A stretch of DNA of 64,000 nt from Dendronalium phyllosphericum CENA369 (GCF_016056275.1 NZ_JAECZA010000008.1:1-64000); one strand, 5' to 3'. Shown: positions 30,632 to 41,464, counted from the stretch's first letter. Numbers and translations: made by a program. Notes: generated by a model not told the origin, from the letters alone.

Positions 30632-32467
30632 ATGAATTACAAGCGGTTAGACCCTAATAAACAAGATATTTTAATAATTGACGATATGGCAGACAACCTG
30701 CGAGTTTTATCTTCACTCCTGACTAGAGAAGGATACAACGTTCGCAAGGCTTTAAACTGGCAAATGGCTTTGAGTGCTTGTCAAACAGTATTACCAGATC
30801 TAATTTTACTCGACATTATGATGCCGGAAGTAGACGGTTATGAGGTTTGTCAGCGTTTTAAAGCCTGGGATCTCACGGCGGATATTCCAATAATTTTTAT
30901 TAGTGCTTTAGATGATGTTTTCGACAAGGTAAAAGCCTTTAAAATCGGAGGGATAGATTATATTACTAAACCGTTTGAGTTTGAAGAAGTTTTAGTGCGC
31001 GTGCAAAACCAACTGGCTTTAAGGACAGCAAGGCTAGAAATATTGACATTAAATGCTGAATTAGAACAAAGGGTAAAACAACGGACTTGGGAACTAGAAA
31101 AAGCTCTGCAAAAACTCCAAGGAGAAATTACTTCCCGGCGACAGCTGCAAAGTCAATTGTTAGATATAGCATTGCATGATTCACTAACTAATTTACCGAA
31201 TCGAGTCTTATTTATTAGGCGATTAGCAAAAGCTCTACATTGTGCAAAACAAGAATCTACTTATCAGTTTGCCGTACTCTTTTTAGACTGCGATCGCTTC
31301 AAAGTTATTAATGATTCTCTGGGTCATTTAGTAGGAGATGAATTACTCGTTGCCATTGCCCGCCGCCTACAAAATTGCTTGACACCAGTCGATACTTTAG
31401 CTCGATTAGGTGGTGATGAATTTGGCATTCTCTTAGAAAATCTTCCAGATATAAACTCAGCAATTAAAATTGCTGAAAACATTTTGCAGCAATTATCACT
31501 CACTTTTAAATTATCCAGATATGATGTATTTATGAATGCCAGTATTGGCATTAATTGGGGTAATCAAGACTACGAGAAACCAGAATATTTACTGCGGGAT
31601 GCTGATACAGCAATGTATCGTGCTAAATCTCTAGGGAGAGCCAGATATCATGTTTTTGACCCAGCAATGTATCAAGAAGCTATCCAACTTTTAGAACTAG
31701 AAAATGACTTACGTAGAGCTGTTGATCGACAAGAATTTCTCGTTTATTATCAGCCAATTATTTCTCTGGCTACAGGTAGAATTTCTGGATTTGAAGCACT
31801 TGTGCGCTGGCAGCATCCGATTCGCGGTCTGATTTCTCCTATAGAATTTATTCCGGTGGCAGAAGAAACGGGCTTGATTAATCCGATTAATATATGGGTA
31901 TTACAGTCAGCCTGCCGTCAGCTAAGTATTTGGCAACATCACCCAGCGACATCAGACAACTTAACTATTAGCGTTAATTTAAGCGCAAGATTATTTTATC
32001 AAGCAAATTTAACAGCACAAATTGACCAGATTCTTCATGACACTCAAGTGAATCCAGCTTGTTTAGAATTGGAAATTACCGAGAGTGTCATCATGGAAAA
32101 TACCCATGTAGTTAAAACAATTTTTCAGGAATTAAAAGCCCGAAAAATTAAGTTAATTATGGATGATTTCGGTACAGGATATTCATCTTTGAGTTATCTG
32201 CATAGTTTTCCTCTAAACGCACTCAAAATTGATAAATCATTTGTCAAACGGATGCAGGATAATCAAGAAAATATGGGATTAGTACCAGCCATGATTAGTA
32301 TCGCTGAATCAATGGGGATGGCTGTGATTGCAGAAGGAGTTGAAACTAAACAACAGTTAAAACAACTGAGAAGTTTAAAATGTGATTTTGCCCAAGGATA
32401 TCTGTTTTCCAAACCCTTAGAACAAAAACTGGTTTTAGATTTGATTGCCTCGGTGCCTCAATGGTAA
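30632..32467 (+). CDS. Response-regulator receiver + GGDEF + EAL protein (c-di-GMP turnover)
   Basis: REC ILIIDDMADNL...LLDIMMPEVDGYEV...K. GGDEF RLGGDEFGILL. EAL FEALVRW...DDFGTGYSSLSYL. Confidence 0.9.
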   Translation: MNYKRLDPNKQDILIIDDMADNLRVLSSLLTREGYNVRKALNWQMALSACQTVLPDLILLDIMMPEVDGYEVCQRFKAWDLTADIPIIFISALDDVFDKVKAFKIGGIDYITKPFEFEEVLVRVQNQLALRTARLEILTLNAELEQRVKQRTWELEKALQKLQGEITSRRQLQSQLLDIALHDSLTNLPNRVLFIRRLAKALHCAKQESTYQFAVLFLDCDRFKVINDSLGHLVGDELLVAIARRLQNCLTPVDTLARLGGDEFGILLENLPDINSAIKIAENILQQLSLTFKLSRYDVFMNASIGINWGNQDYEKPEYLLRDADTAMYRAKSLGRARYHVFDPAMYQEAIQLLELENDLRRAVDRQEFLVYYQPIISLATGRISGFEALVRWQHPIRGLISPIEFIPVAEETGLINPINIWVLQSACRQLSIWQHHPATSDNLTISVNLSARLFYQANLTAQIDQILHDTQVNPACLELEITESVIMENTHVVKTIFQELKARKIKLIMDDFGTGYSSLSYLHSFPLNALKIDKSFVKRMQDNQENMGLVPAMISIAESMGMAVIAEGVETKQQLKQLRSLKCDFAQGYLFSKPLEQKLVLDLIASVPQW

Positions 32468-32769
32468 TTCTCAAGTAGCACTTGAGGCAAAAAATATGAG
32501 TAAATACTTACTTAATAATTGACAAAAATAGATTTGATGATTCGGCTATTAGTTAGATAATAGACGCATATTATCTATTATACTTACGTAAGAAGGGAAC
32601 TTAAGTTTACAAAACTTCAAATAGAAAATATTTGAAATAAATGGTGCAATTCTAGTATTCTATCTAAACTTTACTCAATATTTAGTATGCAATATGCGAA
32701 CAGCCATAGGGATATTTTCTAAAAATCATTGTTATTTTTAATAATTATAAACATAACTTTTGGTTCAAA

Positions 32770-34215
32770 ATGTCTTTAAATAAAATTCACAATTCCAAAG
32801 GTAATATTTTAGTAGTTGATGACACACCAGACAACTTGCGGCTTTTATCGGCAATGTTGACGGCACAGGGTTTTGAAGTTCGCAAAGCTTTAAACGGTAA
32901 AATGGCACTAACTGCATGTCAAATAGTTTTACCCGACTTAATTTTGCTAGATATTAATATGCCAGAAATGAATGGTTATGAAGTGTGTCAGCAATTAAAA
33001 TCTGATGATAAAACTTGCGAAGTACCAGTAATTTTTATTAGCGCTTTAGATGATGTTGTCGATAAGGTGAAAGCTTTTGATGTTGGGGGAGCAGATTATA
33101 TTACTAAACCTTTTCACGGAACGGAAGTTCTATTGCGAATTGAGAATCAAATAAATTTACGTACACTACAAATTACACTTCAAGAAAAAAATTTTTTATT
33201 ACAAGAAGCTTTAGATAACTTAAAAGCAGCCCAAGTCCAACAAATTCAGAATGAAAAGATGGTAGCACTAGGGCAATTGGTAGCAGGCATTGCTCATGAA
33301 GTGAATAACCCAATTAGTTTTATTTATGGCAACCTGCAATATGCTAATCAATATGTGCGGGAACTAATTAATATCGTCGAGGTTTATCAACAGGAATATT
33401 CACAACCATCTCCCAAAATTCAAAAAATAGTTAACGATATAGATTTAAATTTTGTGATTCATGACCTAGAAGATTTGATGGGTGCAATGTATAGAGGAGC
33501 CGATCGCATTCGAGAAATCGTATTAGCGCTGCAAAACTTCTCAAGGCATGACGAAGCTGAAATGAAAGCGGTAGATATTCATCAAGGCATCGATAATACT
33601 TTAGTAATGCTACAACATCGGCTTAAGGAAACAGCAAATCGTCCAGCTATTGACATAGTTAAAAAATATGGTAAATTGCCCCTAGTTACCTGTTATCCTA
33701 GTGAATTGAATCAGGTATTTATGCATCTATTAAACAATGCTATTGATTCATTGGAGAAAATAGAGATAGATAAAGAAAAATCAGAAGCTCAGATAGCGAC
33801 TATCGGAAGTTTAGAAGAAATGGAGACGACTCAGAGGTTTGACTTTCAACTTAGTCAGACAGATAACTTACGAGCAAGTTATCGTATAGCAGCTTATTAT
33901 CAAACATCAGAATATCAAAAAAAATGGAAACAGCCAATCCATAATCCACAAATCCAAATCCGCACAGAGCTTACAGAGTTTAATACTGTGAAAATAGCGA
34001 TCGCAGACAACGGCATCGGCATAGATAAATCATTACAGTCGCGTTTGTTCGATCCATTCTTTACCACAAAACCTGTGGGCAAAGGTAGTGGGCTAGGATT
34101 GTCGATTAGTCACCAAATCGTTGTACAAAAACATCAAGGACAAATCACCTACTCTTCATCCTTGGGACAAGGAGCAGAATTTGCGATCGCAATTCCCATA
34201 GAACCGCCTATGTAA
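32770..34215 (+). CDS. Receiver-domain–histidine kinase hybrid (REC + HisKA + HATPase_c)
   Basis: The REC is ~65% identical in motifs to the REC of the 30632 gene. H-box GIAHEVNNPISFI. G-boxes DNGIGID, GKGSGLGLSIS. Confidence 0.9.
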   Translation: MSLNKIHNSKGNILVVDDTPDNLRLLSAMLTAQGFEVRKALNGKMALTACQIVLPDLILLDINMPEMNGYEVCQQLKSDDKTCEVPVIFISALDDVVDKVKAFDVGGADYITKPFHGTEVLLRIENQINLRTLQITLQEKNFLLQEALDNLKAAQVQQIQNEKMVALGQLVAGIAHEVNNPISFIYGNLQYANQYVRELINIVEVYQQEYSQPSPKIQKIVNDIDLNFVIHDLEDLMGAMYRGADRIREIVLALQNFSRHDEAEMKAVDIHQGIDNTLVMLQHRLKETANRPAIDIVKKYGKLPLVTCYPSELNQVFMHLLNNAIDSLEKIEIDKEKSEAQIATIGSLEEMETTQRFDFQLSQTDNLRASYRIAAYYQTSEYQKKWKQPIHNPQIQIRTELTEFNTVKIAIADNGIGIDKSLQSRLFDPFFTTKPVGKGSGLGLSISHQIVVQKHQGQITYSSSLGQGAEFAIAIPIEPPM

Positions 34216-34371
34216 AGAGCAGAGAAAAGGCTTCGCCTTGCAGAAGGGAAAAGGTGAGCCAGCGACGGGTACGTAGAGGGTTTCCGCGGTAGTTCTCTCA
34301 ACTCGGCAGAGCCGCTTCCGAGGCTGGCTCCCCCCTACGATAACGACTCGTCGAGTAAGATGCCCGAAGGA

Positions 34372-34396
34372 CTTTGACTGCTGACAACTGACAATC
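34372..34396. repeat. STRR-like heptamer array (GACAACT-type)
   Basis: gactgctgacaactgacaatc. Confidence 0.5.
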
Positions 34397-34598
34397 AAAA
34401 ATAATAAAATTTACAATTATTAATACAGAAATAAAGATACATACCCCTCAACGCTGATGGCGTAATCTTTGAAATACAAGGCTGAGAGCCGAACACAACA
34501 GTTAGGAGTCAGACTACTTACAATAGAAGATGAAGAAATCAAGACTTTTTACCTAAGAAAGACTACTATTTTCAGTCGCAAAAAAGCATAATAGAGAA

Positions 34599-35762
34599 GT
34601 GACTGATCTGTTCGCCCCTTTACAATCCTTAAAAGAAGGTCACTGGTTCAAGCTCATCTGCGGAGCCAGCTTCCAACATCTACCTGCGGTCAGAAGTTTA
34701 ACATTAGCCTACACCTTGGCCGGCGCTGACTGTATAGATGTGGCAGCCGATCCAGCTGTAATAGCAGCAGCCCAAGAAGCGTTGCAAGTGGCCAAGTATC
34801 TAGTTAGCGATGCTCAGGAGCGAGGCTTTGGCTATAAAGGAAACTTGCCTTTTTTGATGGTCAGCTTGAACGATGGAGAAGACCCCCATTTTCGTAAAGC
34901 AGAATTTAATTCTACTGAGTGCCCTGTAGACTGCCCTAGACCCTGTGAAAGGATTTGTCCGGCACAAGCAATCGAATTCAGCCATATAAAAGATGACTTT
35001 TCAGGAGTTGTATCCCAAAAGTGCTATGGCTGCGGTCGTTGTATACCAGTTTGCCCATATGATATAATTTATACAAAATCATATATGTCAACGCCAGGAG
35101 CGATCGCACCATTGGTAATGTCAACGGGAGTAGATGCCGTAGAAATACATACAAAGGTAGGGCGTTTAGCAGAATTTAAGCTATTGTGGCAAACAATTTC
35201 CCAATGGGTTGACCGTTTGAAGGTAGTAGCTATCAGCTGTCCTGATGGTGAGGGAATGATTGACTACCTCCACGCTATTTACGAGCTAATTTCTTCGTCA
35301 TATCGTAGCGTTTTAATTTGGCAAACTGATGGTCGTCCCATGAGCGGTGATATTGGAGATGGCACTACTTTAGCAGCAGTGAAATTAGGACAAAAAGTTT
35401 TGGCAGCAAAGTTACCGGGATATGTGCAGTTAGCAGGTGGCACTAATGACTATACCGTTGCTAAGTTAAAAGCAATGGGACTGCTTAAAGAAGCAAGGGA
35501 GCAGGGAGCAGGGAGCAAGGGGGAAAACTTTTCTCCTCTGCCCCCTGCCCTCTGCCCCCCCTCCTCAATTGCTGGGGTTGCTTACGGTAGCTACGCCCGC
35601 GTACTGCTGTCATCAATTCTCGATCGCTTAGAGAATAAGGAGGTGAGTCACACTAGTGTTAAGGCGACTGTCCGCCTGGAAGAAGACGATGTATTACTTT
35701 GGCAAGCCGTAGAGCTTGCCCATTCTCTCGTTTCCCAGCTCAAGTCACAGCAGGAGCGCTAA
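34599..35762 (+). CDS. ldpA: LdpA-like iron-sulfur protein (light-dependent period; two 4Fe-4S motifs)
   Basis: N-terminus WFKLICGASFQHLPAVRSLTLAYTLAGADCIDVAADP. Cys clusters CPVDCPRPCERICP and CYGCGRCIPVCP. The family call is from memory of S. elongatus LdpA. Confidence 0.55.
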   Translation: MTDLFAPLQSLKEGHWFKLICGASFQHLPAVRSLTLAYTLAGADCIDVAADPAVIAAAQEALQVAKYLVSDAQERGFGYKGNLPFLMVSLNDGEDPHFRKAEFNSTECPVDCPRPCERICPAQAIEFSHIKDDFSGVVSQKCYGCGRCIPVCPYDIIYTKSYMSTPGAIAPLVMSTGVDAVEIHTKVGRLAEFKLLWQTISQWVDRLKVVAISCPDGEGMIDYLHAIYELISSSYRSVLIWQTDGRPMSGDIGDGTTLAAVKLGQKVLAAKLPGYVQLAGGTNDYTVAKLKAMGLLKEAREQGAGSKGENFSPLPPALCPPSSIAGVAYGSYARVLLSSILDRLENKEVSHTSVKATVRLEEDDVLLWQAVELAHSLVSQLKSQQER

Positions 35763-35802
35763 TCGCTCGTTCGTTATCTCTAAAAACGTCACAATAGAAA
35801 GC

Positions 35803-37536
35803 ATGACGATTACAGACGATCTCCAAAAATTGTTAGATATTTTGCCCCAAGACCTGCGACAAGTACTAGAGAATCATCCCAAGCGAGATAGTTTAGTTGA
35901 AGTGGTCTTGGATTTGGGTCGTCGCCCAGAGGCTCGCTTTCCCAATCAAGCTGAGTATCTGAGCGAAACACCAGTCACTCAAGAACAGATAGATGATTGC
36001 ATTCAGCGAGTTGGAACCTTTGGTGGAGATAACCGGGCAGGAATTGAGCAAACTTTGCATCGGATCAGTGCTATTCGCAACCGAACAGGCAAGATTATTG
36101 GCTTGACTTGTCGTGTAGGTCGTGCCGTATTCGGTACAATTGGCATGATCCGCGATTTAGTAGAAACTGGTAAATCAATTCTGATGCTAGGTCGTCCGGG
36201 TGTGGGTAAAACTACCGCACTCAGGGAAATTGCCCGCGTATTAGCAGATGAATTATCCAAACGTGTGGTAATTATCGATACCTCTAACGAAATCGCTGGA
36301 GATGGCGATGTTGCCCACCCTGCCATTGGTCGCGCTAGGCGGATGCAAGTGGCTCATCCAGAACTTCAACATCAAGTGATGATTGAAGCAGTAGAAAACC
36401 ATATGCCAGAAGTCATTGTCATTGATGAAATTGGCACTGAACTAGAAGCATTAGCTGCTCGTACCATTGCCGAACGCGGCGTGCAATTGGTAGGTACTGC
36501 CCACGGGAACCAGATTGAAAACTTGATTAAAAACCCCACTCTCTCTGATTTAGTTGGGGGTATCCAAGCTGTGACTCTGGGAGATGACGAAGCGAGACGG
36601 CGTGGCAGTCAAAAGACTGTTTTAGAACGCAAAGCTCCTCCCACTTTCGAGATAGCTGTAGAAATGTTAGAACGGCAGCGTTGGGTAGTACACGAAAGCG
36701 TTGCTGACACAGTAGATAATCTGCTCAGAGGTCGCCAGCCTAGTCCCCAAACGAGAACCGTTGATGACCAGGGCAAAGTCTCAATTACACGCCAGTTATC
36801 TGTAGTTAACGGTCGCGGCGGACACCTTGCAGTTGCAGATGATGCACCTACAGCGCGGCAACCTAACGGCTGGCGCTCATCTGGACAAATGGTAGCATTA
36901 CCGCCATTGCCTGTAGAGCGGGAAAGGGTAACTAGTGGATCTAGTGAGTTTGACCGCTTACTAGATGAATCTTTTAATTATTCAGACTTTGATTTTCAGA
37001 CTACTAGGCAAGCAGGGCCGAATGGGGAAGATTTGCCGCTGCATATCTATCCCTATGGTGTTAGCCGTCACCAACTAGAACAGGTAATCAATGTACTGAC
37101 TTTACCTGTAGTGTTGACGAAAGATATCGATAGCGCCGATGCAATTTTGGCATTGCGATCGCATGTCAAAAACCATGCCAAATTAAGACAAATGGCGAAA
37201 GCCCGTCATGTACCCATTCACATGATTAAGTCCAGCACGATTCCGCAGATTACTCGTGGTTTGCGGCGCTTGCTGAACATTGATGACCCTGAAATCGCTG
37301 ACGACCGAGAACTGCAACTGTTTTTGCACAGTGGCAGCGATGATGAGATTGATGCCCTAGAAGAAGCCAGACTTGCTGTAGAGCAGATCGTTATTCCTAA
37401 AGGACAGCCAGTTGAGTTATTGCCGCGTTCTCCCCAAGTACGCAAAATGCAACATGAGTTAGTAGAACACTATCGACTCAAGTCGCATAGTTTTGGGGAA
37501 GAACCAAATCGACGTTTGCGGATCTATCCAGCGTAA
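35803..37536 (+). CDS. Ycf45-like (SpoIIIAA-like) P-loop ATPase with C-terminal R3H nucleic-acid-binding domain
   Basis: Walker A GRPGVGKTT, Walker B VIVIDEIG. C-terminal R3H-like ...RSPQVRKMQHELVEHYRLKSHSFGEEPNRRLRIY. The start is moved to the ATG at 35803 (MTITDD) to avoid a 47-nt overlap with ldpA. Confidence 0.7.
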   Translation: MTITDDLQKLLDILPQDLRQVLENHPKRDSLVEVVLDLGRRPEARFPNQAEYLSETPVTQEQIDDCIQRVGTFGGDNRAGIEQTLHRISAIRNRTGKIIGLTCRVGRAVFGTIGMIRDLVETGKSILMLGRPGVGKTTALREIARVLADELSKRVVIIDTSNEIAGDGDVAHPAIGRARRMQVAHPELQHQVMIEAVENHMPEVIVIDEIGTELEALAARTIAERGVQLVGTAHGNQIENLIKNPTLSDLVGGIQAVTLGDDEARRRGSQKTVLERKAPPTFEIAVEMLERQRWVVHESVADTVDNLLRGRQPSPQTRTVDDQGKVSITRQLSVVNGRGGHLAVADDAPTARQPNGWRSSGQMVALPPLPVERERVTSGSSEFDRLLDESFNYSDFDFQTTRQAGPNGEDLPLHIYPYGVSRHQLEQVINVLTLPVVLTKDIDSADAILALRSHVKNHAKLRQMAKARHVPIHMIKSSTIPQITRGLRRLLNIDDPEIADDRELQLFLHSGSDDEIDALEEARLAVEQIVIPKGQPVELLPRSPQVRKMQHELVEHYRLKSHSFGEEPNRRLRIYPA

Positions 37537-37661
37537 CCTCGCCGCACCAGTGCTGAGTGCTGTTGTACTCAGCACTCCTAAATCTTATCTGCTTAATTAA
37601 CGGTTTGCACTGCTTAAAACTTAAAATATAAGCAGTTATTTCGCTTCATTCCTTCAAGCTG

Positions 37662-38612
37662 ATGAACAATAAGATTAAGCCAGATTGGGCTGGTGAGAGC
37701 ATACTTTCCAATTTCGTTAATCTGCTCATCCAGACCAAACCTGTATACAAGTTGATGAAAAACCAGGCGAGGCAAGTACTCATCAAAACGGCTGAGAAGA
37801 AAGGTATTCCCTGGCGGAAAAACTATGAGGCACTGCAAGTATCGGGAGCAAAACAATTACTGCCTGAAGTTACTAATTCCCACATTGTTTATCCAGACTA
37901 CTACAAAGTACCCTTCCATGCTTACTCCGAAGGCAACCTTTGCTGGCAAGCTGCTTTTGAAACAGAGTCAGCTACCTATGCAATGGCATTGCGTGTCTGG
38001 CCTCAAGAAGACCTGACTTGGGAAGATGCTCACGCTAGGCTTAGAGGTAGTTTTCATGAAGTTCTGGCAATTTATGACCCTCAGCAGGTTAAAGATATCT
38101 TAGATATTGGCTGCTCAGTTGGTATCTCTACCTTAGCGTTGCACCGTTACTACCAGCAAAAACAAGGACATCCAGTTCGCACTGTTGGTCTAGATTTGTC
38201 ACCTTATATGCTAGCCGTTGCTCGAACTAGGGATGTCAATCGGGAGATATCTCAGTGGCTTCACGCTAAAGCAGAAGATACAGGACTTCCAGATAATTCC
38301 TTTGATTTGGTGACTCTCCAGTTTGTCACTCACGAACTTCCAGGCTATGCCAGTAAAGAAATTTTCACTGAAGCGAAAAGACTGCTACGGCCAGGTGGGT
38401 TTATAGCACTAGTAGACAACAATCCGCGATCGCCTGTCATTCAAAATCTACCACCTGTCCTTTTCACTTTAATGAAAAGCACGGAACCTTGGAGCGATGA
38501 CTACTACACATTTGATATTGAAGCAACATTGCAAGCAGTAGGTTTTTGTGAACCGATTACAGTTGCCAGCGACCCCCGTCACCGCACCATTGTTAGTAGA
38601 AAGCTTGAATAA
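37662..38612 (+). CDS. Class I SAM-dependent methyltransferase
   Basis: Motif I ILDIGCSVGISTL; acidic motif II LVTLQFVTHEL. Confidence 0.75.
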   Translation: MNNKIKPDWAGESILSNFVNLLIQTKPVYKLMKNQARQVLIKTAEKKGIPWRKNYEALQVSGAKQLLPEVTNSHIVYPDYYKVPFHAYSEGNLCWQAAFETESATYAMALRVWPQEDLTWEDAHARLRGSFHEVLAIYDPQQVKDILDIGCSVGISTLALHRYYQQKQGHPVRTVGLDLSPYMLAVARTRDVNREISQWLHAKAEDTGLPDNSFDLVTLQFVTHELPGYASKEIFTEAKRLLRPGGFIALVDNNPRSPVIQNLPPVLFTLMKSTEPWSDDYYTFDIEATLQAVGFCEPITVASDPRHRTIVSRKLE

Positions 38613-39184
38613 GCAATTTGCAAATCAAAAATATCCCTTTGTAATTGTTGATTATCAACAGTCAAAAGTCAACAATTACAAACGGATAAATCATCTTGAA
38701 AATTTTCGATACTGACTTCAGTAAACTTATCAATCTGTCTTGGTATTACTAACTTCTTTATCAAAGTAAATCTCAGCGATCTAGCAAAATTAATTATACG
38801 CATTCCTGGGAAGTGTAAAGTTAAAATCTTGCCATAGCTCGGTAAATAAAAGCTGAAAATTGCAATAAATAATTACTTATCCTTGGTTTTTGTGTAATTA
38901 ATTCTGCTCAAGTATTTATAAGTAAGTTCTCATTCATATTTATTTTCTACATTCAATATGCAGTATCTTTTGTTTAGTATTATTTTTATCAATCAATAGT
39001 TGTTAAAGAATTTCCAAATAAATTAGACAAATTTTTAAAATAATTATCGCTGATTGAAGAAAATTGAGTTAACCTTGGAACTTAGCAATTGTAAAGAACA
39101 CATGTTGTTACTGGGTGGCAACATTAGAGATTCATTTCGATCTCTATGTAATCAAACCAGCAAGTAAAATGATTATCATAGAAT

Positions 39185-40804
39185 ATGCAAGAAGGAAGCT
39201 TTATTTGGGGTCATCTAGAAAAACAGCATCGCGCAGTTGATAAATGGATTGATTGGGTATGGCTAGTAGTGCTGTTAGTGGCAGCAGTATTACTATTTAG
39301 CATCAATCTAGGAGGATTACCGCTGCGAGATTGGGATGAAGGTACTGTGGCACACGTTGCCAGAGAAATTTGGAATGCCCCAGCAGGTTCATTGCGTTGG
39401 CTTTACCCAACGTTAGGAGGAGAACCTTATCATCATAAGCCACCCCTGATGCATATACTAATTGCTTGGGCTTACTCTCTAGGAGGGGTGAATGAGTGGA
39501 CAACACGCTTACCCGGAGCAATTTTAACAGCTTTTTCTGTACCTTTGCTGTATTGCATTGGTCGAGAGATATTTCGCCAACGTTGGGCAGCAGTTTATAG
39601 CGCTTTAATTTACCTAACGACATTGCCTGTAGTTCGTCATGGCAGGTTGGCGATGTTAGATGGCGCTGTAGTGAGTTTTTTGATAGTAATGATGTTGTGC
39701 GTTTTGCGATCGCGCCGCGATTTACGTTATTGCCTGGGTATTGGCCTGAGTTTTGGGTTGATTTGCTTGACTCAAGGCGTGTTAGGTGTATTGCTAGGTG
39801 CGATCGCGATCGTATTTTTGTTTTGGGATACACCAAGATTACTTACCAGTTACTATCTGTGGACTGCAATCTTCATTGGTATTTTGCCTGCAACTTGTTG
39901 GTATAGTCTGCAACTAATGCACTATGGTTACAGTTTTATCGAGACTGGTTTTGTCAATGCATCCCTAAACCAAATTGGAACAGCAGTTGAAGGTGATTCG
40001 CAACCACCGTGGTACTACGCCATCGAAATTTTCAAGTGGACATGGCCTTGGTTAGTATTTTTGCCTCAAAGTGGGCGCATGGTTTGGGAAAATCGCAATC
40101 TTAGCTGGGCAAAACTCGTACTGGTGTGGAGTTGCGTATATCTAGTGCTAATTTCCCTGATGGGCACTAAATTTCCCTGGTACGTATTTCCTGTTTACCC
40201 TAGTTTAGCTTTAGGTCTTGGTGCTCAGTTAGCTGAGACAGAAAATTTACCTTTACTTTCCTCTTATCCTCGTGGTTGGGTAGTTAGTTTTTCTCTGCTT
40301 GCGGTGATGGCTTCTGGTAGTAGCATTTACTTTAGTTGGGGAACAATGCCAAAAACCGACTTACAATTGATTTTTGCTGCTGCTGCTGTGACTATGACTT
40401 TGGCAGCTATTTTAGTAGAAAGAGGCGACGGGCAATTTTTGAAGATTTTGTTTTGGGGAAGTTATATTTCACTACTGCTATTAATGAAATCTAACTACTG
40501 GGTTTGGGAATTGTGGCAAGCTTATCCAGTCAAACCAGTAGCAGCTATGATAGCGCAGGCAAATCCAGCGGTGAATAAGATTTATACATCTTTTCCCTAT
40601 CATCGTCCGTCGCTAGACTTTTATAGCGATCGCACCATCATTCCCGCTTCTATTGGCGAATTGCAATATTATTGGCACTACAACGGCCAACCCTATTTTC
40701 TATTAAATGCATCTGCTTTCAACAATCTCAAACTTGAATCAGTTAAGTTAGTTGGTCAAGCTGATGGCTGGAAACTGATTACCAAAGATACAAATCGTTT
40801 GTAG
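39185..40804 (+). CDS. GT39/ArnT-family membrane glycosyltransferase (dolichyl-phosphate-mannose–protein mannosyltransferase-like)
   Basis: First periplasmic loop LRDWDEGTVAHVAREI...HHKPPLMH. More than 10 TM helices. Confidence 0.8.
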   Translation: MQEGSFIWGHLEKQHRAVDKWIDWVWLVVLLVAAVLLFSINLGGLPLRDWDEGTVAHVAREIWNAPAGSLRWLYPTLGGEPYHHKPPLMHILIAWAYSLGGVNEWTTRLPGAILTAFSVPLLYCIGREIFRQRWAAVYSALIYLTTLPVVRHGRLAMLDGAVVSFLIVMMLCVLRSRRDLRYCLGIGLSFGLICLTQGVLGVLLGAIAIVFLFWDTPRLLTSYYLWTAIFIGILPATCWYSLQLMHYGYSFIETGFVNASLNQIGTAVEGDSQPPWYYAIEIFKWTWPWLVFLPQSGRMVWENRNLSWAKLVLVWSCVYLVLISLMGTKFPWYVFPVYPSLALGLGAQLAETENLPLLSSYPRGWVVSFSLLAVMASGSSIYFSWGTMPKTDLQLIFAAAAVTMTLAAILVERGDGQFLKILFWGSYISLLLLMKSNYWVWELWQAYPVKPVAAMIAQANPAVNKIYTSFPYHRPSLDFYSDRTIIPASIGELQYYWHYNGQPYFLLNASAFNNLKLESVKLVGQADGWKLITKDTNRL

Positions 40805-40867
40805 AAAGTTAGGACTGGGTATAGGGATGTAAACGAACTCAATAACTTAATTGAATGCGTACATAAA

Positions 40868-40898
40868 AGCACTTGAGAATTTTGTTCGCTCAAGTGCT
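40868..40898 (+). terminator. Probable intrinsic terminator hairpin 3' of the GT39 gene (10-bp perfect stem, 11-nt loop, followed by ATTTGTAT)
   Basis: agcacttgag aattttgttcg ctcaagtgct. Confidence 0.45.
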
Positions 40899-41464
40899 AT
40901 TTGTATAACTCTATACCAATTCACTCGTTTGATTCAACATCTAAAATTTGCAAGATACTCTTGTTAAAAAGCATTGCAAGAATAATTTGTAACAAACATT
41001 TGGTGAAATGGTATCACTCCTTGCATCATTAAGAATATCTCTTGTAGGACGATAGAGAACATTTGATGAGTGACACTTTTGTAACTGACACTAGTTAAAA
41101 AAGATTCATGACTATTAGTGCTAAATGAAACTCAGTACGATTGAGCAACTTTACAGGTTTAGTATAAAAAGATATAAGCTTAGTCTTCATCTAAGTCAGA
41201 ATTTTAAATAATAACTATAAATCTTAGTTTGTTGGTATGTATGCTAACTCCATCTTCAGGGGGTTAGTAAGTTTATATTGAGCTTTTGCTGGTGTAGCTG
41301 TAAGCAAAAATCTTATGACTTACCCAGCTACTATTGTAGAAGCTACAATATGGGCGATAAACGACAAAGGAGAAATTGTACTCATCGCTAATGCATCTAC
41401 TGTTACACTCCATCATTCTTAGCAGAAGTCAACGGATTGTACTGTATCTGGATCGTAATCATTT

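Noticed and set aside
40868-40898. Possible CIRCE heat-shock operator (AGCACTTGAG-N11-CTCAAGTGCT)
   Set aside because: The half-sites differ from the TTAGCACTC/GAGTGCTAA consensus and the spacer is 11 nt, not 9. It lies 3' of a glycosyltransferase gene rather than 5' of hrcA or groE, so it reads better as a terminator hairpin.
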